This document shows positions 36,431-45,215 of a stretch of DNA of 64,000 bases, one piece after another. The notes under the pieces are model-generated. The model saw only the letters and a list, made by a program, of their open reading frames with translations. It searched no databases and was not told the DNA's origin. Numbering within the stretch: the first letter of the stretch is position 1; each line of letters starts with the position of its first letter. Location of the stretch: contig CAVYGQ010000001.1 of the NCBI GenBank assembly GCA_963768175.1, positions 766,305 to 830,304 of the forward strand, read 5' to 3'. A program made the translations under genes and the position numbers. Source of the stretch: Candidatus Doudnabacteria bacterium (GTDB taxonomy: Bacteria > Patescibacteriota > Doudnabacteria > UBA920).

Positions 36431-36859
36431 CTAATAACGAATCAATATGGCGGCAACCAGTATGCCTATAACTAAACCGGCAATAACATCTGCCAATTTA
36501 TGCCCGCTAAAATCCATCAAAATTCCTTCCTTGCTTATTCTAGCCAATGCCTCATCTTTGCTGGACAAAAAATATTGCTCATATAAAACCTGGCGTTTTT
36601 TGTCTTCCAGCAAGCCGTAAATAATTATTATTGAAACAATAACGGCAAAAGCAAACAGCGGGCCAAAACCCTGAAACCAGCCGATTAAATAAACAATAGA
36701 GGCCAAAAGGGCGCTATGCACGCTTGGAAAACTTCCCAGCCAAAAAAAAGACCAAGCCAGGCCGTTGCCCACAAAATTTCTTCTTCGCCACACAAAAACC
36801 AAAAATTTAACCAAATGGGCAACTATAAGCGCTGCTAAAGGGATAAAAAGATATTGCAT
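36431..36859 (-). CDS. divergent PAP2 (DUF212/YuiD-like) membrane protein
   Basis: GSFPSVHSALLASIVY resembles the (M/F)PSSHSA motif of the divergent PAP2 family; start set at MQYLF to avoid overlapping the polA stop. Confidence 0.5.
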   Translation of the reverse strand: MQYLFIPLAALIVAHLVKFLVFVWRRRNFVGNGLAWSFFWLGSFPSVHSALLASIVYLIGWFQGFGPLFAFAVIVSIIIIYGLLEDKKRQVLYEQYFLSSKDEALARISKEGILMDFSGHKLADVIAGLVIGILVAAILIRY

Positions 36860-36864
36860 AAATC

Positions 36865-39651
36865 CTAAATCTCTAATTTTTTCATCTCTCCCCAATTATC
36901 CCCGACTTTGGCTTCCACCTGTACGGGAACGGAAAGTTGAATAGCGCTTTCCATTAAGGGAACAAGCTTTTTTGCCCAATATTCCACTTTGCCTTCGGCC
37001 ACTTCAAACACTAGTTCATCGTGCACCTGCAAGAGCATTCGACAATCGGTTGTATGTTGTAAGTTGTATGTTGTAAGTTCTTTGTGGATATTAACCATGG
37101 CGACTTTGATTACATCGGCGGCCAGGGACTGTATGGGAAAATTCACGGCCGCGCGCTCGGCTGCGGCGCGGACAAAAAATTGGGACGACTTTATTTCCGG
37201 GAACTTGCGGATGCGCCCAAGCTCATTACGCACAAAGCCTTCTTCATTAACCTGCAATTTTATCTGCTCTATATATTCTTCCACTTTCGGGTAAGCCGCA
37301 AAATATTTGGCGATAAACTCCTTGGCCTCGGCGCGGCTAACCTGCCCAATGCGCGATGAAAGCCCAAAACTGGACAGCCCGTATAAAATCCCAAAGTTAA
37401 TAGTCTTGGCATCTCGCCGCATATCGGGAGTGACTTCGCCGGCCTTCACGCCGAAAATGCTCACGGCGGTATTGGTATGGATATCTTCCCCGTTCTTGAA
37501 TACGCGGAGCATATTTTGGTCTTTGGCCAAATGCGCCACAATGCGCAGTTCAATTTGGCTGTAATCTATGGATAACAGCTTAAAGCCTTTTTCGGCCACA
37601 AAGGCCTGGCGGATTCTGCTTCCCAACCCCTGCCCGCGAATTGGAATGTTCTGTAAATTCGGATCCGTGGAGGACAGTCTTCCTGTAGCCGCAATGGTCT
37701 GGTTATAGCTGGTATGAATCCTCCCTGTTTTTTTATTGACCAATTCCGGCAACGCCAACAAATAAGTTGACTGCAGTTTGGCCAATTCGCGGTATTCCAT
37801 TATTTTAGCTATAACCGGATGCTGGCCAAGCATTTTTTCCAGCTCCCCGGCCGCGGTGGAAAGGCCGGTCTTGGTCTTGCGGTTGTTTATGGCTTCCAGC
37901 TTTAACTTATCAAACAATACCTCCTTCATCTGCTTGGGGGAATTGAGGTTAAACTCCCGACCGGCTAATTTGTAAATTTTGCTTTCCAAATCTTTAATGT
38001 CTATTTCCGCTTCCGCAGAAAGCCGATTTAAAAATTTGGCGTCCAGCTTAATGCCGTTTAGCTCCATATTGGCCAAAACTTCCACCAGCGGCATTTCAAT
38101 ATCGTAAAAAACTTTTTCCAAACCCTCTTGTTTTATTTGCGGCTCAAATAATTGCTTAAGCCGCAGCGTCATATCCACGTCTTCACAACAATACCAAGAA
38201 ACTTTTTCCGCCGGCACCCGGTCCATGGTAATCTGGGTTTTCCCTTTGCCAATTAAATCCTCAATCGGCTGCGTCTGGTAGCCCAGCTCATTAAATGCCA
38301 GCGCCTCCAAATTATGCTGGCGCGTGCCAGCGTTGAGCAAATACGAGGCAATCATGGTATCAAAATAAATAGGGTTAAGAGCTAAGTTATTTGTGCTAAG
38401 TATCTGTAAATCATACTTAATATTGTGGCCGATTTTTTTGATGTGTTGATTTTCAAAAACCTTTTTTAATTCACCCGATGCCAAAACCAAATCCGCCGTG
38501 ACATAATAAGCCTGCCCCGGTTTTACACAAAAGCCAACGCCCACCAATTTGGCATCAGTGGGGTTTAAGCTGGTGGTTTCTGTGTCTATAACAAGTTCTT
38601 TGGCGGATGATAAAATTTTTATAACTTTGTCCAGCTTATCTTGCGTGTCAATTAAATTATATTCCTGCTTAAATTTAGCTTCTACCTTAGCCGGCAGAGG
38701 TATCCCCTCTGTAGCAGAGGGGACACCTCTGCCTTCCACGCCCGCTAACTGCCCACCTTTTGGCAATTTATTAATAAGCGACCGAAACTCCAATTCCTGG
38801 AACAGCCTAACTGTACTTTGTAAATGCGCCGCGTCCAAATCATACTTAAGAATATTAATGTCCAGCGGCACGTTGCGGTCAATTACCGACAATTGGTAAG
38901 ACATGCGCGCTTGGTCTTCCTGTGCTTTGAGCAGTCCCAAAATCCGCGGTTTAATTTTATTGCCGGTTTTTTCTTTCTTTATGGCCTCGTATAATCCGTT
39001 CAGCGATTTAAATTTCTTAACCAGCTCTTCCGCGGTCTTTTCGCCAATGCCTTTGACTCCAGGAATGTTGTCGCTGGGGTCGCCGCGCAGGGCTTTATAG
39101 TCTACCATTTGGTCGGGGTTCAGCCCATAACGCGCGCGTACGGCTTTCTGGTCGTAAACCACCACGTCGGTAATGCCTTTGCGCATAGTGTAAACTTTTA
39201 TTACCTGGTTCACCAGCTGCAAAGTGTCCAAATCGCCAGTGACAATTATGACTTCGGCTTCCGGATTTTTTTTATGCAAGCTCAAGGCCAAAGTCCCCAG
39301 ACAATCGTCCGCCTCAAACCCCTGTTTTTCAAAAATCGGGATATTTAGCGCGCCTACGACTTGTTTGACGCGAGGGATTTGGTCATAAAGTTCCTGGTCG
39401 GCCTTAACCCGTGTTGCTTTGTATTCCTTATACTGCTCATGCCTAAAGGTGGGTCCGGCTAAATCAAACGTGCAGGCAATGTGCGTGGGTTTAATGTCGG
39501 CAATAGCCTTTAACAATATCAAAGTAAACCCGTAAACGGCGTTGGTCTGCTCGCCGCTTTTGGTGTTTAAAACCGGGATGGCGTGGTAGCCGCGGTGGAT
39601 TAGCGCATTACCGTCTATTAGCATGTAGCGTTCGGTTTTGGGGAAAGTCAT
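36865..39651 (-). CDS. polA: DNA polymerase I (5'-3' exonuclease, 3'-5' exonuclease-like and polymerase domains); start set at MTFPKTERYMLIDGN
   Basis: Pol A motifs ...RRDAKTINFGILYG... and QVHDELVFEV; carries in-frame repeat insertions at 37031 and 38704. Confidence 0.95.
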   Translation of the reverse strand: MTFPKTERYMLIDGNALIHRGYHAIPVLNTKSGEQTNAVYGFTLILLKAIADIKPTHIACTFDLAGPTFRHEQYKEYKATRVKADQELYDQIPRVKQVVGALNIPIFEKQGFEADDCLGTLALSLHKKNPEAEVIIVTGDLDTLQLVNQVIKVYTMRKGITDVVVYDQKAVRARYGLNPDQMVDYKALRGDPSDNIPGVKGIGEKTAEELVKKFKSLNGLYEAIKKEKTGNKIKPRILGLLKAQEDQARMSYQLSVIDRNVPLDINILKYDLDAAHLQSTVRLFQELEFRSLINKLPKGGQLAGVEGRGVPSATEGIPLPAKVEAKFKQEYNLIDTQDKLDKVIKILSSAKELVIDTETTSLNPTDAKLVGVGFCVKPGQAYYVTADLVLASGELKKVFENQHIKKIGHNIKYDLQILSTNNLALNPIYFDTMIASYLLNAGTRQHNLEALAFNELGYQTQPIEDLIGKGKTQITMDRVPAEKVSWYCCEDVDMTLRLKQLFEPQIKQEGLEKVFYDIEMPLVEVLANMELNGIKLDAKFLNRLSAEAEIDIKDLESKIYKLAGREFNLNSPKQMKEVLFDKLKLEAINNRKTKTGLSTAAGELEKMLGQHPVIAKIMEYRELAKLQSTYLLALPELVNKKTGRIHTSYNQTIAATGRLSSTDPNLQNIPIRGQGLGSRIRQAFVAEKGFKLLSIDYSQIELRIVAHLAKDQNMLRVFKNGEDIHTNTAVSIFGVKAGEVTPDMRRDAKTINFGILYGLSSFGLSSRIGQVSRAEAKEFIAKYFAAYPKVEEYIEQIKLQVNEEGFVRNELGRIRKFPEIKSSQFFVRAAAERAAVNFPIQSLAADVIKVAMVNIHKELTTYNLQHTTDCRMLLQVHDELVFEVAEGKVEYWAKKLVPLMESAIQLSVPVQVEAKVGDNWGEMKKLEI
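37031..37060. repeat. heptamer tandem repeat (TTGTATG/TTGTAAG) x4 inside the polA coding sequence (encodes LTTYNLQHTT)
   Basis: ttgtatgttgtaagttgtatgttgtaagtt. Confidence 0.75.
38704..38733. repeat. C/G palindromic element (cccctctg-tagc-agagggg) in-frame in polA (encodes GVEGRGVPSATEGIPLP)
   Basis: 7-bp perfect hairpin, GC-rich relative to polA. Confidence 0.55.
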
Positions 39652-39700
39652 ATATACATTATAGATGATATTACCCGCCGGACAAAACATCCGCCATAGC

Positions 39701-39732
39701 AAAACCCCGCCCTTTGCGAAGGGCGGGGTTGC
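39701..39732 (-). terminator. intrinsic terminator after paralog A (aaccccgccc-tttgcgaa-gggcggggtt plus U-tract on the minus strand)
   Basis: 10-bp GC stem; tttt follows on the transcribed strand. Confidence 0.65.
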
Positions 39733-39756
39733 TTAATATTAAGCTCTTTACACCTT

Positions 39757-42700
39757 TTATTTAGCCGATGAAAGCGATAAAACCGGGAACTGATAATTAA
39801 AAACTTCATCCGGATTTATCCAATAAAAATCTATATCATTAAATACCAGATTGCCGTAAGAACCGACAGGGTTGGCCTTTAACAAAGCTATATTAGCCGG
39901 ATCCCCGGTATTGTATTCCGTACCGTTAAATACATTTTGCTTAAGCCAATTATATTTTTGCTGCAAATACTGGTTGCCGGTTGCCAGTTGGCGAAAAACT
40001 TTGCCCTGCAAAACATACAAGGAAAAAGATTCGGCGAAGTCTTCATAGGGGGTATAATGGCTGGCATCCAGTTTATCTGATGTCCAACCGGTACCGTAAC
40101 TACTCACAAACTCGCTGGCCTTGGCCGAGTCTCCGCGCAACAAGGGATAGAAAGTCCAGCCGGAAGCGGTTAAAGGTTTGGTGGTGTCAAAACTAATGGA
40201 ATAAAAACCCATGGTATCAATTACCCCCCTGGATCCATAAGCAGAATCCGGCGGATAAAGGTTCTTGTCAAGGTAGTGTGCATACTCATGCATTACTGTA
40301 TTCAAAGCGTAGAAGTCGTCATGAATATCCGCGGTGTGGTTCATGGGGACGCAGCTGTCGCCCATTTCCGGATAATACACTTCCAAACATAATTTATAGT
40401 TTCCGTTTGTAATATCAAAGCCAGAAGGACCGACCTGCCCTGTTAACTGATAATAAGCATACCATTTAAAATTAGCTTCATTCCAAGTAGCCAATTTTGA
40501 GGGCAAGGCGCGGAAAGCTTTATCCAACAAGGCGGCCACGTGTTCCTTAGAAGGCGCATTTTGCGGGGCGTCGCCCATATGGGCTGGATACAAAGGAAAG
40601 TCAGCGGCAGCAATCGTATCTGCCTGCTCCACAGGAGCCAATTGGCTGTCAACTTTTAATAGTACGTCTTTAGAAATAATATCCGAGGTTGGGAAACTAT
40701 TTAACTTTTCATATTTATTCAAAAGAAAGTGCGCAACGCCGTTGGCGTTGTCAGTGGAACGGCTTGGCCCGTAACCGAGTTGCCGTATGGCCATCAAAAA
40801 ACGGTAAGCAAAAGGGCTTGTGCTGGCCGACGGAGCCCCTGCGGCCATCCCAAACGAAGTAACATCATAATTAGCCAGCGTCCCCGCCGCAATCGCCTGC
40901 GCCGTTGTATCGTCTTTCAAAAATTTACTTTTTAAGATAGAAGTATTTGAACCTCCGGTTACCGTAACCGTAAAACTCTGTGTTGCCGTGTTCCCTGAAC
41001 TGTCGCTGGCGGTAATGCTAATAGGATAGGTTCCGGCCGTAGTTGGGGTGCCGTATAGGAATATTTCATTTAACACAATAACCATCGGACAGGCTGTTTT
41101 CAAATCCTGGTTATTACAAGGAGCATAGCCAAAGTTCATACCCGGTACGCTGCCGGTTTCGGTAAAAGTATACCGGCCCATTAAGTCACCGGATGTGGGA
41201 GCGCCAGGGCCAGCATAAAAACCGATTTTTCCATAAGTGCCTTGGGTAAAATTTAACGAACCGCTAGAGGTGATGGTGATGACAGGCGAAGAGCCGGAAT
41301 TAACTATATTTATAGTCTGTCCGGCAATCGGAACCATTGGTCCAATAACTGCGCCATTTGTAGCCCAAGTACCGGTTACAGTATTTAAGATAACCAAATT
41401 TTGGTTACTTACACCTGAATTACTGTTAGTTACCCCCGACGCAACATCCGCATAAACATCAAGAATAGCCAAACTCCCAGCGGGAATAGCCATAGATCCA
41501 GTAAAAGTATAGAGGCCATTGCTTGCCACTACTGGTTGGGTAGTACCGAATTGTATATAACTTACTATATCATAATTAACGGTCTGTACTTTCATCAGGA
41601 GATTCCGGAAATTATTACTTATGGTATTTCGTGTTGCCGTCAGGGTTATGGAATTAATATTTGCGGTGCCGGCAGTATTGTTTTTAAGCTGAAAAGAAGC
41701 GATCCTTTGGTTTACTCCTCCCGAGGAAACAGAAATTGGCGAAACCACTACACTGTTTAAGCTTACCGACAAAGCTGCATTGCTTGACTGATTTACCACT
41801 ATAACTGTGAAATTCTGCGTTGCCGTATTGCCTAATTGATCCTTTACGGTAATGCTTATTGGATAAGTCCCGGCCACGGTGGGTGTGCCGTCCAAAAATA
41901 CATAATTAGGAAAAGCCGGTGGGTCCACACAGATGGTTAAACCAGGATGGTTGCAAGGACTGGCCTCAAAAACCATCCCCGGCACGTTGCCGGTTTCCGT
42001 AAAGCTATACATAGAATACACCCCGTTTGAAGACAACGGCTGGGCAACAAAATCGATTTTCCCATAGGTGCCTTGGATAAGATTTAGCGAATCGGTAGTG
42101 GTAATAGTTATGGAAGGCGGACTGCTACTTCCGGGAACGCTCGATAAATCCGCCAGGCAAGCGCTTTGTGAACTAAAAGTCTTTAAGCCTTGATACATAT
42201 AAGCGCCGCAGAACTGCTTTTGGGAAGAACAGGTAGTGTTGGTGGAGTCGTGCCACCACAAGGTATTGCAGATGGTGCCGCTACCGGAAGATGTAGAAGG
42301 CACGGCTATAGTAGTAAAGAACTTCCTTAGCAGCAGGGTGCCGGCTTTGGCGGGTTGGGTGTAGAACTCCACGCGGTAGGCGGTAGCGGGGGCTAAAGTG
42401 GCGGTCTGGGTGCCGGTTTGGCTGGCCGGGTCAACGGCCAAAAGGACTTTGGCTTTATTGGCTTTTAAGGTCACATACAAGGAACCTTGGGCATTGCGGG
42501 TTCTGCTCCAATTAAACTGGTAAGTCCACTGGTTGGCGGTGCTGTCGTAGGACAGCGGGGTAGCGGTAACCTTTAAAGAAGTGTTGGTGGCAGAGGTAAT
42601 GTAAATGGTAGGATAAGTGGCAACCCCTAAGATCTGGGGGGAAGAGGCGGTTTGGAGCTCCTGCATAGTTAAGGCTCTAGCCTTTAAGATAGGGCTAAAG

Positions 42701-42879
42701 GAGTAATTATCCGGGCTCCCGGCTACGCAGACCACGGCCGCAGCCACGGACACGGCCGCAAACAGCACAAAGGTCAAGGCAATAGCCGAGCTTACGTTGG
42801 CATGAAGCACGCACGACAAAAACGAGGGCTTTGTGGTGGCCACTTTGGCCGGAGCAACACACTTGGTATCCTTATGCAT
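39757..42879 (-). CDS. paralog A: secreted modular protein with a signal anchor, a conserved roughly 135-aa N-module, two He_PIG-like Ig domains and a C-terminal HEXXH zinc-metalloprotease domain
   Basis: N-terminal IALTFVLFAAVSVAAAVV; shared module PDNYSFSPILKARALTMQELQ...LLRKFFTT; Ig-like YGTPTTAGTYPISITASDSSGNTATQSFTVTV; NTVMHEYAHYL (HEXXH); the track start 42906 is a TTG, the first ATG is MHKDTKC. Confidence 0.7.
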   Translation of the reverse strand: MHKDTKCVAPAKVATTKPSFLSCVLHANVSSAIALTFVLFAAVSVAAAVVCVAGSPDNYSFSPILKARALTMQELQTASSPQILGVATYPTIYITSATNTSLKVTATPLSYDSTANQWTYQFNWSRTRNAQGSLYVTLKANKAKVLLAVDPASQTGTQTATLAPATAYRVEFYTQPAKAGTLLLRKFFTTIAVPSTSSGSGTICNTLWWHDSTNTTCSSQKQFCGAYMYQGLKTFSSQSACLADLSSVPGSSSPPSITITTTDSLNLIQGTYGKIDFVAQPLSSNGVYSMYSFTETGNVPGMVFEASPCNHPGLTICVDPPAFPNYVFLDGTPTVAGTYPISITVKDQLGNTATQNFTVIVVNQSSNAALSVSLNSVVVSPISVSSGGVNQRIASFQLKNNTAGTANINSITLTATRNTISNNFRNLLMKVQTVNYDIVSYIQFGTTQPVVASNGLYTFTGSMAIPAGSLAILDVYADVASGVTNSNSGVSNQNLVILNTVTGTWATNGAVIGPMVPIAGQTINIVNSGSSPVITITSSGSLNFTQGTYGKIGFYAGPGAPTSGDLMGRYTFTETGSVPGMNFGYAPCNNQDLKTACPMVIVLNEIFLYGTPTTAGTYPISITASDSSGNTATQSFTVTVTGGSNTSILKSKFLKDDTTAQAIAAGTLANYDVTSFGMAAGAPSASTSPFAYRFLMAIRQLGYGPSRSTDNANGVAHFLLNKYEKLNSFPTSDIISKDVLLKVDSQLAPVEQADTIAAADFPLYPAHMGDAPQNAPSKEHVAALLDKAFRALPSKLATWNEANFKWYAYYQLTGQVGPSGFDITNGNYKLCLEVYYPEMGDSCVPMNHTADIHDDFYALNTVMHEYAHYLDKNLYPPDSAYGSRGVIDTMGFYSISFDTTKPLTASGWTFYPLLRGDSAKASEFVSSYGTGWTSDKLDASHYTPYEDFAESFSLYVLQGKVFRQLATGNQYLQQKYNWLKQNVFNGTEYNTGDPANIALLKANPVGSYGNLVFNDIDFYWINPDEVFNYQFPVLSLSSAK

Positions 42880-42949
42880 ATATGTTAGTTCTTGCCCCCA
42901 CACCAAAACGCATTATTAAGCGTTCTAATTTAAAGGCAGTTATTTAATT
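42316..42949. repeat. 634-bp segment (5' leader plus signal peptide plus N-module of paralog A) nearly identical to 44343..44976 of paralog B
   Basis: Direct comparison finds only a few SNPs clustered in the signal-peptide codons plus one 1-nt indel. Confidence 0.85.
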
Positions 42950-43005
42950 GTTTTTACTTAATGCTAATTTTTTGCTTTTGTGGTTGCCCACTAAGAATTT
43001 AAAGG

Positions 43006-44906
43006 CTATTGCAGAGGATTATTTGCACAGTTTGCCCAAGTGCTATTTAATCGGTTAATTACATAGTTATAATTTTGCTGGTTAGCTCCGCTTGCCATGG
43101 TAAATTTATCGGCTGTTAAATTTGCCGTGCCTCCCTGCGTAACGGTGAAATCGGCGTAGGCGATATCTTGGCCGGTGTTATTATCGTGGTACGTAATCCT
43201 GTAACCCCCGAGAGGCAGATTAAATGTTTCTAGATGACGATACGCGCTAACCAAATTAACAGCAACATTACTCTCTCCATTGTTAGAAACCTGAAGAAAC
43301 CTCATTTGGGGCAAAATCGTAACATAATTGAATTTAGTGTAACTTGCAGCTAGCCCGGCGCTTACGGGAATAGAAGGAGGCTGGGACGAGCTGATAACAT
43401 AATTTATTTGATTGTTAACAACCACATAATACAGATCTTTGCCATCGGTTCTGGTTATATTAAACATTAAAGGGTCGCCGGCAAGCGAATCGCTGGCATA
43501 TAGATTGCCGTTGGTCGGGACATTGGCAATCGTTACGGTTCCGAATACCGAAGAAGCATTCGCAGTGTCAAATCCCTTATAAAGTTCTGTCCCAAAATAA
43601 TCCCCAGGCTGTAATGAAACAGCTGAATACGCGCTTTGGTTATCCAATTGCCTGAAATATGAATATACCATAGGGGGGAAATCCACGGTAACCCCAACGG
43701 GCTTGCCTTGGGCGGCGCCGAACGTGCTATTAAATACAAGCCATTGGCCGTTAATATAAGCTTGGGTGTTTGCGTGTGCTGCGCCCTGAACAGGCATGGC
43801 TATTCTTGCGGGGATGCCTGCCAGCCTGAACATGGCCGTGGTTATTACTGCGGCATCAAGGCATATCCCTGTTTTTTCGTTATAAATGTCAATTACGCTT
43901 TGCAGGTTATTCGCTGGAGTTAAGCCCGCAGGGCTACTAGAGCTAGTATCGAGTGCAAAATCGTAAGGCCTGGATTGCTCCACCCAACTGGCAATGGCAA
44001 CCGCTTTGCTCATATCGTCATTTTTTCCGGCAATTAATGTATCTACCTGATTTATTATGCCTGAATCATGCATCCAGTCGCTGTCTATTAATGGATAAAT
44101 GTTCGGCCCGAGATATTCCGCATTGTGCGGGTCATCAGTATCAGTAAAGTTGATATTGCAACTTACCAAGGAGTTTAAAGGTGGGTTGACAGTAATCGGA
44201 GGCGGGCTGCCGCTACCCGGACACGGGAGAAGCTGGCAGTTCGGGCCGGTATAGCCCACGGTGGTTTTGCCGTCCGGACACAGGACGGTAATATTAGGAC
44301 ACATTGTAATGAGGGATGGTTTAGCAGAAGAACTAAGGGTGGTAAAGAACTTCCTTAGCAGCAGGGTGCCGGCTGTGGCGGGTTGGGTGTAGAACTCCAC
44401 GCGGTAGGCGGTAGCGGGGGCTAAAGTGGCGGTCTGGGTGCCGGTTTGGCTGGCCGGGTCAACGGCCAAAAGGACTTTGGCTTTATTGGCTTTTAAGGTC
44501 ACATACAAGGAACCTTGGGCATTGCGGGTTCTGCTCCAATTAAACTGGTAAGTCCACTGGTTGGCGGTGCTGTCGTAGGACAGCGGGGTAGCGGTAACCT
44601 TTAAAGAAGTGTTGGTGGCAGAGGTAACGTAAATGGTAGGATAAGTGGCAACCCCTAAGATCTGGGGGGAAGAGGCGGTTTGGAGCTCCTGCATAGTTAA
44701 GGCTCTAGCCTTTAAGATAGGGCTAAAGGAGTAATTATCCGGCTCCCGGCTACGCAGACCACGGCCGCAGCCACGGACACGGCCGCAAACAGCACAAAGG
44801 TCAAGGCAATAACGGAGCTTATGTTGGCATGAAGGACCGACGACAAAAGCGAGGGCTTTGCGGTGGCCTCTTTTGCCGGAGCAATACACTTGGTATCCTT
44901 ATGCAT
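43006..44906 (-). CDS. paralog B: the same N-module fused to a transglutaminase-like cysteine-protease domain. In this sequence the gene is disrupted by a 1-nt deletion (GGG to GG near 44736) that separates the signal peptide (frame of ORF 44712..44933) from the body (ORF 43006..44889)
   Basis: Transglutaminase-core-like KTGICLDAAVITTAMFRLAGIPARIA ... GAAHANTQAYINGQWLVF; A reads ttatccgggctcccggc where B reads ttatccggctcccggc. Confidence 0.6.
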
Positions 44907-44976
44907 ATATGTTAGTTCTTGCCCCCACACCAAAACGCATTATTAAGCGTTCTAATTTAAAGGCAGTTATTTAATT
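44343..44976. repeat. second copy of the 634-bp near-identical segment (paralog B)
   Basis: See 42316..42949. Confidence 0.85.
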
Positions 44977-45082
44977 TTATTTTGGTTTCTCTCACCCCCC
45001 ATACTTAATTTTGGTGTGGGGGTGAATTTCAAAGGTTTCGCACTAATTTTGGCGCGAACCTAAATTTAAAACTTGTGACTAT

Positions 45083-45111
45083 ATTATAGCATAAATCAAT
45101 ACTTTCCGCAA
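45083..45111 (-). promoter_or_regulatory. promoter TTGCGG-17-TATAAT driving paralogs B and A; identical core upstream of paralog C
   Basis: Reverse complement reads ttgcggaaagtattgatttatgctataat. Confidence 0.55.
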
Positions 45112-45161
45112 GAATAAAAAATTAAATCCGCGTCGGCACTTTTGACTATTAGCCTTAGCCT

Positions 45162-45202
45162 GCAAAACGAAACCCCGCCCTGTCTAATGACGGAGCGGGG
45201 TT
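45162..45202 (-). terminator. intrinsic terminator after paralog C
   Basis: aaccccgc...gcggggtt stem; tcgttttgc on the minus strand. Confidence 0.6.
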
Positions 45203-45215
45203 AAATTTTGAAGCA

